DNA of 62,685 bases, the filler included, from Jimgerdemannia flammicorona (taxonomy: Eukaryota), in the NCBI GenBank assembly GCA_003990765.1. It is 3 parts of 3 records of this genome, joined end to end, with 100 filler letters (N's around TTAATTAATTAA, not from the genome) between each part and the next. Parts side by side here need not be neighbours in the genome. Positions count along the whole stretch, not along the records: positions 20,940 to 41,768 come from RBNJ01001582.1; 2 more parts are not named here. One strand, written 5' to 3'. Numbering within the stretch: the first letter of the stretch is position 1; the number at the start of each line of letters is the position of its first letter. Positions 25,161-38,337 of this stretch are shown in pieces. The notes beneath the pieces are model-generated. The model was not told where the DNA came from. It ran no database searches and saw only the letters and a list, made by a program, of their open reading frames with translations. The translations under genes and the position numbers were made by a program.

Positions 25161-25625
25161 TATATATGATGATGGCCGCATTGGGGCGCCGAAAACAACC
25201 CCAGCAGATAAAGTGTCAATGTCACCACGCTTTCAAACGCGGTGCGCTAACGTTGTATTTGTTTGCACATGAACAAAAACGCGCGGAAAGTCATGAAGAC
25301 ACGATGACTCGGATGCGGTTACATGAATGAAAATTATGGTGCAGCACCAGGAGAAGCGAGAAACCCTGTAGATGACAATGACTCTATCCCGCCCAGGTAT
25401 GTATGTAAGGTATATCTATCGCAGCTCCACCACGCCGGCAACCCTGTTTTGGACCGGTCGGCCTGAGGGCAAATGAATGCTCCCCAACCACCCTGTTTGA
25501 CCAAATAATGTACACTACCCCGCATGACCACAAATAATGTACATTCTACGTAGTGTCAGTTTTTGATTTACCTACAAAGGAATAGAGAAATATAGATAGA
25601 TATAAAAGAAACCCAGACCCCCTTT

Positions 25626-27274
25626 TTACTTTGGGTCGTCGATGTCAATATTGTACAGCGCCTTCCTCGAGACGACGATGCGGTGGTTCGCAAAAGCTTT
25701 CAGAACATGGTTCCACTCGTGGACGACGGTAGTGAGGCGGCGGTCGTACTCCTCGGTGGATATATTTAGCGTGAGAAGGATGTAGTTCCTGAGGCTCTGG
25801 AGGCCCTGGTGGAAGTCGTTGGAGAAGGCGCGGCCGATGACCTCATTCCAGAGCGAGCCAATGGGGATCGAGAAGACATTGTGCGCCACGTCCGAGAAGC
25901 CCGCGGTCGCCACCATCCGGTGGTTGTGCCGGGCGAGGCGGATGTCATATCCATTCTTCCCGATCGCGCCGACGACTGTAGAATGTGAGAGTGGGAGGAG
26001 GTGATGATGAGGACGCAGTGATGGTGGGCCAAAATGGATAGCTATTCTCGTTCTCTCGTGCCGCTAAAGGATTATTCTTATATGCATACCATCCGACATG
26101 AATTTAGTGACTTCGGGCCCGCCATGGAATGCTCCGTCCGTATCCTATAGGCAAAGGAAATATATACAACTAAAATCAGTATTTCATACAAGGAATCATA
26201 GTCCCGTTCCAAACGGGGCAGTCACACACACACACACCCAAGAGAAATGAAAGGGTTCCCTCACCATCCACTCTAGGTATCCTCCTGGTTTCATCACGCG
26301 TTTGAGCTCGATCAGAAAGGCGGGCCAATTCTCCGCCTTCACCGCTAGGCCCATGTGCCGGATGAACACATAGTCGAAGGTGGAGTCCTCGAATGGAAGC
26401 GGCTCGGTGATTGTGCAGGTTGTGAAGTTGCAGTTGTTGGGGACGTCATCTTTGTTGAACTTGTATTGGGGGACGTCGATGCCGTCAACGATGCAGTTGG
26501 GATACAAGCCAGCAATGTCCTGGAGGGTTTCGGGGGCGGTAGAGTGAGATGGTAATAATACGTACAGGTGGGAGAAAATTCAGGAAATTCCAATCAAGAC
26601 ACTTACCATCGCCCATGCTCCCGCGGATGCTCTGGAAAATTAATAAAAGGCTGGACGCGTAAGCAACAGATCACAGCACAAAAGGATAAGAGCGACGTTC
26701 ATGTCATCATCTGAATTATGTACCCACTCGATATTGAGAATCCTTGCGCCCTGTTTCAACATCTCTTCCACCGGTGCATTGAAATATCTATTGAAGTAGC
26801 GGCAAGAAAAAAAAAAAAATTTCGTCAATTAATTCGAATCGTTCAATTGGTTCGAAATTGTATCCCCGAACAGCCGATTCAAATCAAGGGATCAAGGGAT
26901 CAAAGGTAGTATCAGCAATTATGTTGTGGCATCATCGCCACAAAGCCCGCATCTGTTCTCCCCCCAAACCTTTCTCCAAGCCGAAAGGCTCGTCTATGAC
27001 GACATACCTTCCCAAGGCGTACTGGAAGATGACGTGCTGTGTCTTCCGTCGCTCGATTTCCTTCCATGAGTTGCCGAGGATGTAAGGTAAGCTAGCCTTC
27101 TTGTTATCCATCCACCCGAGACCCCTTTCATCATTGTCAGGGGAGGTATAGCCATCGGATTCAGCTGAGAGGGTGGGTAAGGAACGAATGAATTACGAGT
27201 CGGTGATAGTTCCCTCGTTGGTTCTCGCGGGGAAGTGGCTGAAGACGGCATTAAGGATGCATAGACGTACTCAT
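25626..27274 (-). CDS. Class I SAM-dependent methyltransferase-like protein (LaeA/TAM-like), 7 exons
   Basis: Spliced product MTESDGYTSP..YILGNSWKEIERRKTQHVIFQYALGR|YFNAPVEEMLKQGARILNIE|ASAGAWAM|DIAGLYPNCIVDGID..LPFEDSTFDYVFIRHM..WPAFLIELKRVMKPGGYLEWM|DTD..|..AGFSDV..IPIG..DPK*. GT-AG introns. Confidence 0.88.
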
Positions 27275-28489
27275 TATTGCAAACGGGGTGGGAGGGTGGG
27301 GTAGTGGGGTAGTGGAGAGGTGGAGAAGCGTAGAGGGTGGTTGTTGCTGTTAAGAGCAGCATGGGAAGAGTGTTCATTTATGGAAGGGGAATTTAAATTA
27401 GCGGCTCGATCGGGTAACCCCCGCGCGGCCATTCTGCGCCAATCGAACCGACCGACCCCGCGTCATTGCATTTAACCCTGCACCCTACACAACCCTTCTC
27501 TGTCAAAACGAACCTTGTATGTGTACCTTATCCTATCAACTCACCTCACTGGTTCCTGCCCTTCTCTGAACGTTATGGAACCTACTTCTACTACGGCAAT
27601 ACTTCTTTCTTTGGTCACTGCTTACTGTATCGTATTACTTGAGCCACTTCCGTGCGGTCCTTCAAATTGTTCGCGGCATTCGTCCAAACGCGCCAAAAGA
27701 CCCCTTTAAGGCACTTACCGAGAGGTTTCCGGCACCTAACCCACATTCAGAGATTCAGATCTCACGCGCCCCCTATGTTACCCGATCACCTCACCCTACC
27801 CTCGCGGCGAGCCAAGCCACAACGCATGCGCGGCTACCGCGTTGGGCTCCATTCCAGAACCTTCGGTGGCACAAACGAAGGTCTGTATTGTTTTTAGGAC
27901 TGCTCTGTGCATCGCCCTAACCCCCTGCGTTGGGTGCCAAGCCGATTTTTGACGATTGATCGAATACAGAATATCTCGGCATTAACAAACAAACAAAAAG
28001 ATGTCATAATCTAGAGATCGCAAAGTGTATAGATTCATAGATTTAGATTCAACAAAATTGTATATAGATTCGACTTGCAACCTGTATGTTCGTTCAACTC
28101 GATAGTATGGTGACGTTTGCATAGAGGAGAGCAAATTTGAGCGTCAGATCCTTTGCCATCGCTTACCTTGAAAAGGAAACGAGTGTGGCCCAAGTGCCAA
28201 GTGCACAGCCCCCGGTTCCGGCCTTCTGGGTCCTTTCTTCGGCTTTTTTGCCCCAATGAAACAGCACTACCCGTTTATCCGATAAGATAAAGCGATCAGA
28301 TTCTTTAAGTACTGAAGTGGATGATCATTATTGCCAAAATTATCATACGACATCCGGCCATATTCCAAATCGTCAATGTCATCTTGAACCATTGCTTGTT
28401 CTCTTTATTATCTTGGTATATTATTGTTGAAACTAGCGTCCTCAACAATAATTTGAATTCATCAGAACCCATTTTTATTTGATTCATAT

Positions 28490-29230
28490 CAGATAATTTT
28501 TTTTTATTTTTATAATTTTATCTAATTTATTGATCTTAGTATCATTCAGAAGTTGTGATAGAGAACTTTTAAATGATATTATAATAACTAAAATTAAATA
28601 ATATAACAGTTTAAAGTTTAATTTAAATAAATTTAATATATAGAAGTATACATATTGCTAAGAGCTTTAAAAATATAATTAATATTAATGCTAAAGATAA
28701 TAATAGTTATTAAAGTAGATTGGATATTTTAATTTTTAATTTAATTTAAATTAATTAATTAATTAAAAAAAAAAAACTAGTATTTTTAAATAAATTAAAT
28801 TAAATTTAATAAGTTAAAAATTATTAAATTTAAATATATCTTTATTGAATAAATATAGAATATAATATAAATAAAGTTAATTTATAAAAGTAAATAATAA
28901 AATATTTGAAATTAAGAATTTATAATATATTAAGTATTAAAGATTTAATATATTTAAAAATAAAAATAAAAAAAAGAGAGAGATTATAAACTATATCTTT
29001 GGTTTAATACTAAAATAATAATAAATTAATAAATTAACTTAAAACTATTTAGATAATTAATAATAAAATATTTATTATAAATATTAAAATAAAAGAGATA
29101 TATGATATAATTACTTTAAAAGTACTGTCTCATATAAATATACTACTAACAGAACTAATTTAAATTTATCAACTCTTATTTTTCTAATATATATATATAT
29201 ATTTTTCCTCTTCTAATAATCTTTACTAAT
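28490..29230. repeat. Extremely AT-rich island, probably an eroded transposon relic
   Basis: Near absence of C/G and CpG with sharp boundaries inside a GC-balanced gene region. Confidence 0.5.
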
Positions 29231-29336
29231 TTTGCATGTGAAAAAGGTTATATCAGCTATCAATAATAGCAGTACGAATGATAGATAGCTTATGTATGTA
29301 TAGACACGGTTAGACAAAACATGCAAAAATGTAATG

Positions 29337-29408
29337 TGGGGAGTGAGCGGCTCGAACGCCCAGCCTTTCGCTCTGGAGGCGAACGCGCTACCATTGCGCC
29401 AACCCCCC
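29337..29408 (-). tRNA. trnW: tRNA-Trp (anticodon CCA), intronless
   Basis: GGGGGGT acceptor/ACTCCCC-A, D stem GCGC/GCGC, anticodon arm TTCGC-CTCCAGA-GCGAA, T arm GGGCG-TTCGAGC-CGCTC. T5 terminator at 29325-29329. Confidence 0.96.
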
Positions 29409-30688
29409 ATTCCGATTTTCTATTTGTCAAATAAACTAGTATATAAGAAGCTATTGACAGTCACGGTCACGATAAATAAATAGCGTACCACAGACGGCCT
29501 ATACAACCTGTGAGCTTGTGCCTCCGCGCACGCATCCAATGAGATTCAGAATGATTTGACAGTGAGATATTATGATCTATGTTGGATGGCCATTCATTTA
29601 CGAGTAAGTCAACGTTTGTATAAAAAAAAAAAACTCAATGTCCAAATATGCTGAGATGTTCGCTTCTGCTTAGGTCTCGGCACTTCTCATTATCTTCATC
29701 AATCGATATAAAATCTTCTCAAACACTAGCGTGAGAATCATTGTTTACGTGAGCGACAGAGATAGGTGCGGCTAATCAGAACCTTAGGACCTCATAGGAT
29801 GTAGAAGGTATAGGACACGAACCCATTGTGGGAGTTCTATTTTTGCAAGATTTCCCCTCCAAAGTTTGCGGACCATCCCACCTTGAGATATATATATATA
29901 TATATACCCAAATTTACCGCTTCCCATTGACAGCCGTACAACCTCCGCGAAAGATAGGCTTGCCTCTCTTTATTTGCGAGCGCGTCGCACGGTCCCAAGA
30001 TAATAGTCAGATGAGCGGAAGATCGCGATCGCCTTGGGACCCGAAATGGGAGGGAAAAGCATGTGAGCCGAATGGGCTAGATATACTGAGGAAGGAGAAT
30101 GTATAAACCAATAGGGGTAAGCATGAGTTTTCCCCAAAAGTGTGCATCTGATTCTCTCAGAATGGGTAAATGAAAAGACTCAGCATTCGGGCGACAGTAG
30201 CACGTCCAGATTCTCGTTTCACGTGTGATCAAAGAGCAGCGGTACATTTAAATAGCAATGGCTCTCGCATGGGAATGCAGGGCCTGTACAGAAGACTGAA
30301 GATTAGCGGTAGTTGTATCCAAATAAGCTATTCGCTGTCCAAGTCACCCTTTTCCACATTTCGTCAGGATTCCATCATCCAACATGTATGCGGTAAGTCT
30401 TCGGTGTGACACGTTTTTGAGTCATCCATCTCCCAACCCCCGCCAAATAATTATAACCCACACCATATTCCGACCAACACCACCACATTCCACCTCTAGC
30501 CCATCGACATCCCCATCCCAAGGGACCCCGTCCAGCACGAACCCCTCTCGCCTACGAGCCTTCCCCCGAAATTACCAGCAAGGAGTCCACGGAGAATTTC
30601 GCATACAGCTGGCCTCACCTTCAAGAGGGGGCACGGTCGTTTTTACATCGCCGAGACTAGCGAGACCAGCTACCTTGAAAAACTCGAC

Positions 30689-30749
30689 ATGAGTCAGGTA
30701 TGTTATACAATAGTCTTATATGCAAGCCACGCCGACACCCCCCCCCCCC

Positions 30750-30780
<31 letters not shown>

Positions 30781-33700
30781 GGTATCCTCTGCACACGATG
30801 ACCTGCATGCAAAGTGGTAAAAGGGGTCCACAAGGTATACGGATAGGGACTAGACTTTTGGTTCACCAGACGCTGAGCTATGCACCGCCTTATTGTCCAG
30901 ATCGTCTCCACAAAGTTTTCACCAACATGTTCACTAGTGCTGTGCACAGTATTTAATCATATCCACAACGTGAGGACATATCTGACGGTTTTCCTTTCTT
31001 TCTATCGCGATCCTTCCTCCACTTCATTAGTACACGCCACCACGCAAGTCCAACGACGAAAACCGCCCGTTCGGCGGCGTGAAGCTTACCGCGGCTAACA
31101 CCAGGAATTTTTGGAACAGCAGCGGCGCCAACGCCACAGGCTCTTCCACCAGGGACAACACCGGTGACAAACCCCACGACGTCATTAACACCGTCAAGGA
31201 GTCACTCCGCTCGCTGCGAACCATGGACCCCTTATCCCGCGACCGCGACGATCGAGACCGTAGGGGCATAGAGGACCGGGCACGCGATTTCTTCGACCGG
31301 GACCGCAAGGGAAGTAATGACCGCACGCGCGGCCTAGCCGACGACCGGATCCGCAAGGGCAGTGACGACCGCGCCCGCGTTCTGGGCGACGCCCGAATCC
31401 GCAAGGGCAGCGACACCAGCGCACGGGACCGCGACGACCGGAGCCGCAAGGGCAGCGATGGTAGTGTGCGGGACCGCGACGACCAGAGTCGCAAGGGCAG
31501 CGAGGACCGTTCGCGATCTCCAGCCTTTACGAACCCTGGTTCCCCCCCGATGCCGTCTCGTTCACCGCTCCGGAACAACTCGCGTGACACCAACTCACCC
31601 ACGTCGCAAATGAATCCATCTACGAACCAAAACACATACATCGAACCCGTGACGGGCATCATAGGGGCTTCGAGCGTCTCGCCCGTCTCCTCGGGCCATC
31701 CGTCCCTAGACCTGTCGTTCCCTCTTCCGGACCGCAAACGTACGTCGTTCGAGAACCCGCGCAACTACACTCCCAACGACCCCTCTCCGCTCCGCGAGCC
31801 CTTCTCTCCGGCCACGCCCAAATCCAACAACTCGACAGGTAACCGCACAGGATACTTCGACCAGGCACCTTCCACCCCGAAATCCACCGTCTCGGACGAG
31901 ACCCGCTCCCGCTCGACCGCTACCGCTCCGACAACACGCCCGTCATCCAACATCCTCGCCAATGAGCTGATTGGCACCATGCCACAGCTACCCGCAAGAT
32001 CTGGGTCCCCGGCCCCTAGCAGCCCGCTACAGTCGCCCATCACGCCACACACCACTGGTGGCGGCGTCAGCGGGTGGGGTGGAGGAGCGGGGGAAGGAGG
32101 GGCGGCAGCGGAGAGATCGCGTGTGAGTGAGGATATAAACGGAATGATGGCGATGCTGGTGAATGGGGTGCAAGAGGATCCAGCTGCGGTGTTGGCCCCG
32201 GTGATGCAGAGGATGAGCGGAGGGTACGTGGGCATGATGGATTCGATGGATGAACTGTTTTTGCAGCTGTTGATTTCGCAGGCGGTAATTGATGCCAAGG
32301 AGTTTGAGGTGTTGACGTTGGAGGAGGTGGAAGATTTAAAGAAGGTTGGTTCTATTTTTTTTGATTTGTGTGAGAGTGAGACGGAAAAGAAGGTTGAGGG
32401 GAGAGGACGGAGATAAAATAGGTGGAAAGCTGCATAAACACGGAGATGGAAAATAGGCTAAGTAACGCGGAGCTTTTACGCGCACAAGTACTGACAATAC
32501 ATTTGATCATCTCAATAATTACAAACAGGACCACATTAACCTGACCACTCGTGTCGCCAACCTCACCACCCGCCTCTCCCTGGAATCCAAGATCCGCGAA
32601 GCCGCCCACTCTCTTACCCGGCTCCACGCCACCAACAAGAAGCTCGCCAAGCAAGCCAACGAACAGCTCGCGACCGCGAACCGCAAGGTAGACCAAGTGG
32701 CCACAGAGCTCTGGAAACTGACGCAGCGTGGTTCGGAGGTTCAGAAGCGACTCCTGCAGCACATGGCTGGCGCTCTCGCTCTTGGTGTCCGCAAACTCGA
32801 GGAAGAGAAGGGACGCTGGACGGCGATGAGCCCCCGGCAGCTGTCGTTGCATCCGGCGGACAGCGACGCTGCGGCGTCGATGAAGACGTCGGACCAAGAG
32901 GAGATCATCGCACAACTGGAGTCGCAGCTGAGCGCGATGCAGCAGACGGTACACGAACAGCAGTCCGGGATGGCGTCGCGTGACCGGGAGATCGAGGCGC
33001 TGCGGACACAGCTCAAGAGCCACACGATGGATGACACGACCGAGGCGCAGCTGGAGGAGAAGGAGCGCGAGATTTTAGAGCTCCGGTCTGAGCTGGAGCA
33101 AGTCAGCACCCGACTCGACTTTGTCGTCAGGAAGCAGCAGAATAATGGTGCGACGTCCGACGAAGGAGAAGATAAGGGGTTGTCTAGCAGCGAGGCGGAG
33201 AGGAATGCGACGTCGACGAACCCAAGTAGTCATAATACCGCGACGATGGCGCAGTTGTCTGGGACCTTGTCGGCGCTCGAGGAGCAATTATCTGAGTATC
33301 AGGCAAAGATTCACAAGTTGGAACATGAACTGGAGACGACGCAGGAGGCGTCGAAGAGGGAGAAGGAGAGACGCGGGTCGGAACCGGATAGTCAGAATAT
33401 CCGAAATGTATTGCAGAACTCGTTAAGGGACGCGCTGTTGGAAAAGGAGAGAATGAGGGTGCAGGTCGAGCAGGAGAGGAGGAGGAACGAGGATTTGGAA
33501 AGGAAGGCGGCGGAGCTGGAGGAGGAGTTGAGACAGGCGGCGGAGTTGAGGGCGCTAGATGGGAAACAGGGAGAAGCCGAGGAAGCGAAGAAGTTGCAGG
33601 ATGAGATTGATAGGCTAGAGAGAGCTAAAAGGGAGAGCGCCGAACAACTGGAGAAGAGGCTGAGGGAGGCGGTGCAGGATGTGGATCAGCTGAACGCGCA

Positions 33701-35120
33701 GTACGAGGATGTCGTTGGTATTCTAAGGAAGGTGTTTGGCGAGCTGCCGGATGTCGCCGCGGACGCCAGAAACAAGGACATTGTCAGTACTCGGGACGAG
33801 AGCTCGCGTAAGGAGGGACGTCGGTTTAGCATGGACGCGTTCGTCGGCCGGGTGCAGTTCTTGTCGACAGAGAACCAACGGCTCGTGGACAAGATCTTGG
33901 AGATGCAGGGTCGACTGGAGAATATGCGTATGCGCGAGGAAGAGCTGGAATCAGCGTCCAAGACGAGCCAGAAGGAGCTCGAGACCGCATGGGCCAACCT
34001 TGAGTCCGTCAAAGCCACGCTTTTCGAACTGGAGCTGAAGGGCAAGACGTCGTCATCGGAGCTGATGGCGTCGACGGACCGCGAGCAGGTGCTTCAGACC
34101 GATCTCGAGCGCGCGCGGGACGAGCTCTCGGCTCTGAAGCAGGAAAAGTTCAAGTGGGAGCAGACCATGAAGCGGCAGTCTGTGTTGCAGGTGGTGCAGG
34201 ACGGTGGCGCGAGTCTCAAGTCCGCGCTGGAGCAGCAGCTGGCGGCGCAGGAGCAAGATTACCAGGCGCAGCTCAAAGAGCGTGACGTGTTGCTAGGCAA
34301 GTTGCAGAAGGATGCGGAGAGCTACAAAACGGAGAACGCCAAGCTTGGTGCGATGTGCAAGGAACTGGAGGACATGGTGCGGGAGAAGATACGCAGCCTG
34401 GATGGGCGCGACGCGGTGATCAGCCGGCTGGAGGACGATATCGCGAAGCTGCAGGCCCAAGTGAGCGAGGCGGAGATGTCTATGACGACGGCGCTACAGA
34501 ACGCGAGCCGGAATGGAAGTGCGGCATCAGGGAAGGAGTTGGCGAGCGTGCGCGGGGAGTTAGCGCAGGCGAAGGCTGAGCTCGAGCAGCTGCTTGAGGA
34601 GCGGGACTCTTTCGAGGGCGAGCTGCGGCACGCACAGGAGGCCGTCCAGACGATGCACGCAAACCTGCAGAGCGCTCAGGCACAGTTCACGGAGCGGGAG
34701 ACGGCGCTGGAGAAGCAGAGCGTGACGCTGCAGAACGAGTTCGACGGGATCCTGAAAGAGTTTGATCGGCTGACGCGTAATTTTGTCGATTTCGAGAGCG
34801 AGCGGCAGAGATACGAGGGGCAGATTGACACGCTGCATAAGCGGTGCCAGGCGTTGGAAACGGAGCTGGCGGACGAGCGTATTAAACATATGGGCACGAG
34901 CAACCCCGAGGAAGTGGCGTCGACGGCGACGTTGAGGAAGGAGTTTAGGAAGCTGATGAGCGAGTTGAGGACCGAGCAGCAGAAGGTACTGAATAGGGAG
35001 GTGGAAGAGAAGAAGAAGATGGAGTTGTTGGTCAGGGATATGAAGAGGGAGAGAGAGATGGTCAGGTGGGAAAAGGTCAACAAGGGTGTACAGACTGGTT
35101 TCGTGGCTGTGGGTGTGTAA
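30689..35120 (+). CDS. Uds1 (up-regulated during septation) domain coiled-coil protein, ~1304 aa. Exons 30689-30697, 31031-32344, 32529-35120
   Basis: In-frame GT-AG joins. LLISQAVIDAKEFEVLTLEEVEDLKK|DHINLTTRV..LESKIREAAHSL..ELWKL..RLLQHMAGALALG matches the Uds1 domain pattern. Long coiled-coil C-terminus. Confidence 0.88.
31230..31515 (+). repeat. Coding repeat with five DxxxRKGS(D/N/E) units
   Basis: CGCAAGGG(C/A)AG recurs at ~50-nt spacing. Confidence 0.8.
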
Positions 35121-35807
35121 GCAAATGGGCAGGTGTGGAGCGGATTTCGATGGATTGTTATTTTAGTATGTTGGTGCTTGTCTTTTCGCTTTTCCAAGGT
35201 GCCTCTATTGTTTCTCTCTCTCTTTTCTAGTCACATCCATCTTGCATTTCCATTAGAATAGATGTGCTTTTTTTTAGTTACCGATTGTAGTATTTGCTTT
35301 CAAGGTCTTATCGTTCGTTTCCTTTGGTCTCATTACCACATTGCGGTGTCCTGTATTTTGCTCTTTCGTCATTCGCTTATGTACATAATATTCTAGAGCA
35401 AAAAAAAAAATGAGCAAGATTACGAATGGCATGGTTACCTATTGTCGTAGTCGGGATCAATCATGTGATGAGTAAGTGAGAAATCAGGCAGTCAGCTCAT
35501 CATGTAATGAATTGGGTTGCCTTGTATAAGTCACGTGCAAGGAGCGTGCATAGTTGTAATGGAAATGTCGTTAAACCAAAAGGGTAGGGGGAAAAAAAAT
35601 TGGCCAAACCAGGGTGTTGCTATATGTCTGGTTCTTTAGGTAGGATCAATGAAATGAACACCCTTATCTCGGAATTTCCTTCACCGGGCATAAGAGACCA
35701 CCGCATCACTGGTAAAAAAAAAAAGATTGCATGCATGTCCGTACCCGGCTTGACATCCTGACCCAGCGATTCTCCACCTTACTTATCGTGTTCAACATTT
35801 ACTACAG

Positions 35808-36890
35808 CTCGCAAGCTTCCTCTGCCTTCATCTCGGTTTTGGCAAACATTGCTTATACCCTCCTGCTGCTGCGCTTGAACCGCCATGTAATGACGAACAA
35901 CGCTTGAAGAAGAAGGTTTTTCGATGGAGAGATATGCTCTACTTCCCTCCCAACTTTTGGCTCATTATGCTTTTGACCATCTTAACTTGGATGTTACGTT
36001 ATCGATTCAACGCAGATTTGAATAGCTTTTTGACCATCAACACGTTCGTATCAAACTTTTTTTTTTTTTTTTTTTTGAAGTTTTATTTCATCATGGACTT
36101 ATTCTCACCGTTACGTTTGTCTGGATCCTATTATTTCCATAGCGACCTTGTTGAAATCAGGTTCGGAACGACCACTCTTATCGCCGCTTACAGTAGCAGC
36201 GTATCGCAAGCGGTTCCTATTGTCGTAGCACCCTTCTTGGGTCTCTTTTTCCATCGGATCGGAAAGCGCTTGACAATATGTGAGCCTTTATCCCACTCTT
36301 TGCGATATAACAATGAACACCAGTATCACGTTGTTCACTATTTTACCGAATGGACACAGTGACCGCCTCCGCCGCGCTTCTCCTGATCTGTATGATCCTT
36401 CTTGGCTTCACCTGCGTCCACCCCATCGTAGCCATGAGCATCTTCAATGTCGCGCTAACCTTTGGCCCTCTCCTCAATCCCGCTGGTAAACCCGATCGAC
36501 TATGTCGGCACGGGTCTGGGCCTGTAAAGGCCGCGAGCAATATTGGCACGACGATTCTGGACATTACTGTTGGAGTTATCCAAGACCGCACCCCAAGGGG
36601 CACGTATATACGACCAGGTGATGATCTTCCTGGTGGCCATTTCCGGGGTGGCCGTGCTGATCGCCGCGGTTATCTGGGTTGTCAATCGGTGGGTGTATGG
36701 CGGGATTCTTGAGATGAACACCGAGTAGAGGAAGCCAATCATGGAGGCGAAGACGTTGTTGGAGAGACAGGATCGGGAAATAGGGAGTGGAGCGCGTGGA
36801 ATTTCCTGTATTGGGGCTTTTGGTGGCCTCGCTCGTGTCGGCCTGGGTATTGTATTTCGTGTTTGCAGTGTCGGGCAAATACAATGTTTA
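35808..36890 (+). pseudogene. MFS transporter (MFSD1-like), C-terminal half only, disrupted
   Basis: KKVFRWRDMLYFPPNFWLI.., AAYSSSVSQAVPIVVAPFLGLFFHRIGKR, NIGTTILDITVGVIQD, SAWVLYFVFAV. Frameshifts, in-frame stop at 36726, no N-terminal half upstream. Confidence 0.7.
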
Positions 36891-37385
36891 ATGTAATCTG
36901 CACGAGATATCCGATTGTGCTCTATATATATGTGGTAAATTACCTAGACACCAGCTCTTTGTGGATCAATTAGGATTATCCAAATAAATATGAATCGAGT
37001 GCAAAGTCAATTTCGAACATGTCCATCGTTTATTTGGAAATTTTTCGGCGGCAGCCTAACCTACGCCGGCGGGCTATGATGTTATGCTCGTGCACGCCGT
37101 CATTACGCAATAGAGTTTGAGACCAAGTAGCAACAATGATTACAGACATACGCCGAAATAAACGCCGTCCATCATCCGTCACTCGCGCATGTCATTCCTC
37201 CAAAAAATTATACCACCCTCACAGCTGCAGTTGCCCCTTTCTCTTCACTTTTTCACTCCGTGATGCCCCTCCTCGGCCCCATAAGCGTCCAATAAATCAC
37301 TGTCTCCTCAATTCACCCCCTCGCCTCCTTCACCCCTAGACCCCTAGACCTTTTAGAAAAAAAACCAAACCAAAAAAAAAAAAAA

Positions 37386-37886
37386 ATGGTCGCTTCCAGC
37401 ATTATTACATCCAGCCCGACAACCACAAAAGCCGCACGCACACCCGACCCTCGCCGCTCCTCCAGCGGGCCGGGCCTGGTCGCCACTGCAGCGCCAACGC
37501 AAATCAATGGCCCAAACTCGATCGCAATCCCGTCCTCCCCACCACACAGCGACGGCCTTCGCAACGGGGGTGGCCTTGCGATTGGGATCGTGCTGGGAGT
37601 CCTTTTCTTCCTATGCCTGTGCATGGCCTCTGGGTGGTGGGCGGTGATGAGGAAAGGGTTCGGCCGGCGCGCCGACGAGGATGCCGCGGGCGGCGTCGAG
37701 AGCCAGGAGAAGGAGCAAGAAACCGTGGAGCCCAGCCGTCCGTCCTTCTTCGACGGACAGCGGAGCGACTCGTGGTGGTCGATTACTGGCGAGAAGAGGC
37801 TCAGTCGCGTGCAGGTGGTCATCGATCGGATCGACGCGATAGTGTGTGAGAAGGAGTCGGTCGGACGGATGTGTGGCACCCAGTGA
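37386..37886 (+). CDS. Small single-pass membrane protein (166 aa, Ser/Thr/Pro-rich N-terminus)
   Basis: ATG after a poly-A leader. TM segment GGLAIGIVLGVLFFLCLCMASGWWAVM followed by RKGFGRR. Confidence 0.6.
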   Translation: MVASSIITSSPTTTKAARTPDPRRSSSGPGLVATAAPTQINGPNSIAIPSSPPHSDGLRNGGGLAIGIVLGVLFFLCLCMASGWWAVMRKGFGRRADEDAAGGVESQEKEQETVEPSRPSFFDGQRSDSWWSITGEKRLSRVQVVIDRIDAIVCEKESVGRMCGTQ

Positions 37887-38284
37887 GAAAAAGAGGGGGT
37901 GGGGGAGGGTAGGGGGAGGCGCATTGAGTTCTTTGTAAATGTCGCATGCTGGCGCATGCTGGAGGAAATGGGACGGCACTACAAGGAAGGCTTTGTAGAA
38001 TAGCGAAAACCGAACAATTTCTGATTACACTCATCCGGGAAATTATATGTTACTATAGGGCAATGCGATCTTTGCTAGACATGTATTATATAGCTCACCA
38101 TCACTCACAATTGGGACAACTTGCCGATTTTATCTTGCCTTCGAACTCACGAATAAGATACCAATCAAGTTGCATTTGTAAACTCATTGGGCAATGTTCG
38201 TCAAACTATGGCGATTGGGCGACAGCGACACTCAGGGTTTACCATAATCGCAAAGTCCATTTTCGCTGGCTGCCTCAATGATCT

Positions 38285-38337
38285 GTGGCTAATGGTCCCT
38301 TTTTTTTTTTTTTTTTCTTCTACGTGGCTAATGGTCC
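38285..38337 (-). mobile_element. Minimal retro-insertion: poly(T)17 + 7 nt flanked by a 14-bp direct repeat
   Basis: GTGGCTAATGGTCC at 38285-38298 and 38324-38337. Confidence 0.55.

Noticed and set aside
27730..28010. Possible telomerase RNA: CCCTAACCC at 27915 followed by GCCGA-T5-GAC..TCGGC..AAAAGATGTCA pseudoknot-like pairing
   Set aside because: Pairings are short, topology is imperfect and there is no convincing CR4/5. Plausibly chance in a promoter region. Needs a covariance search.
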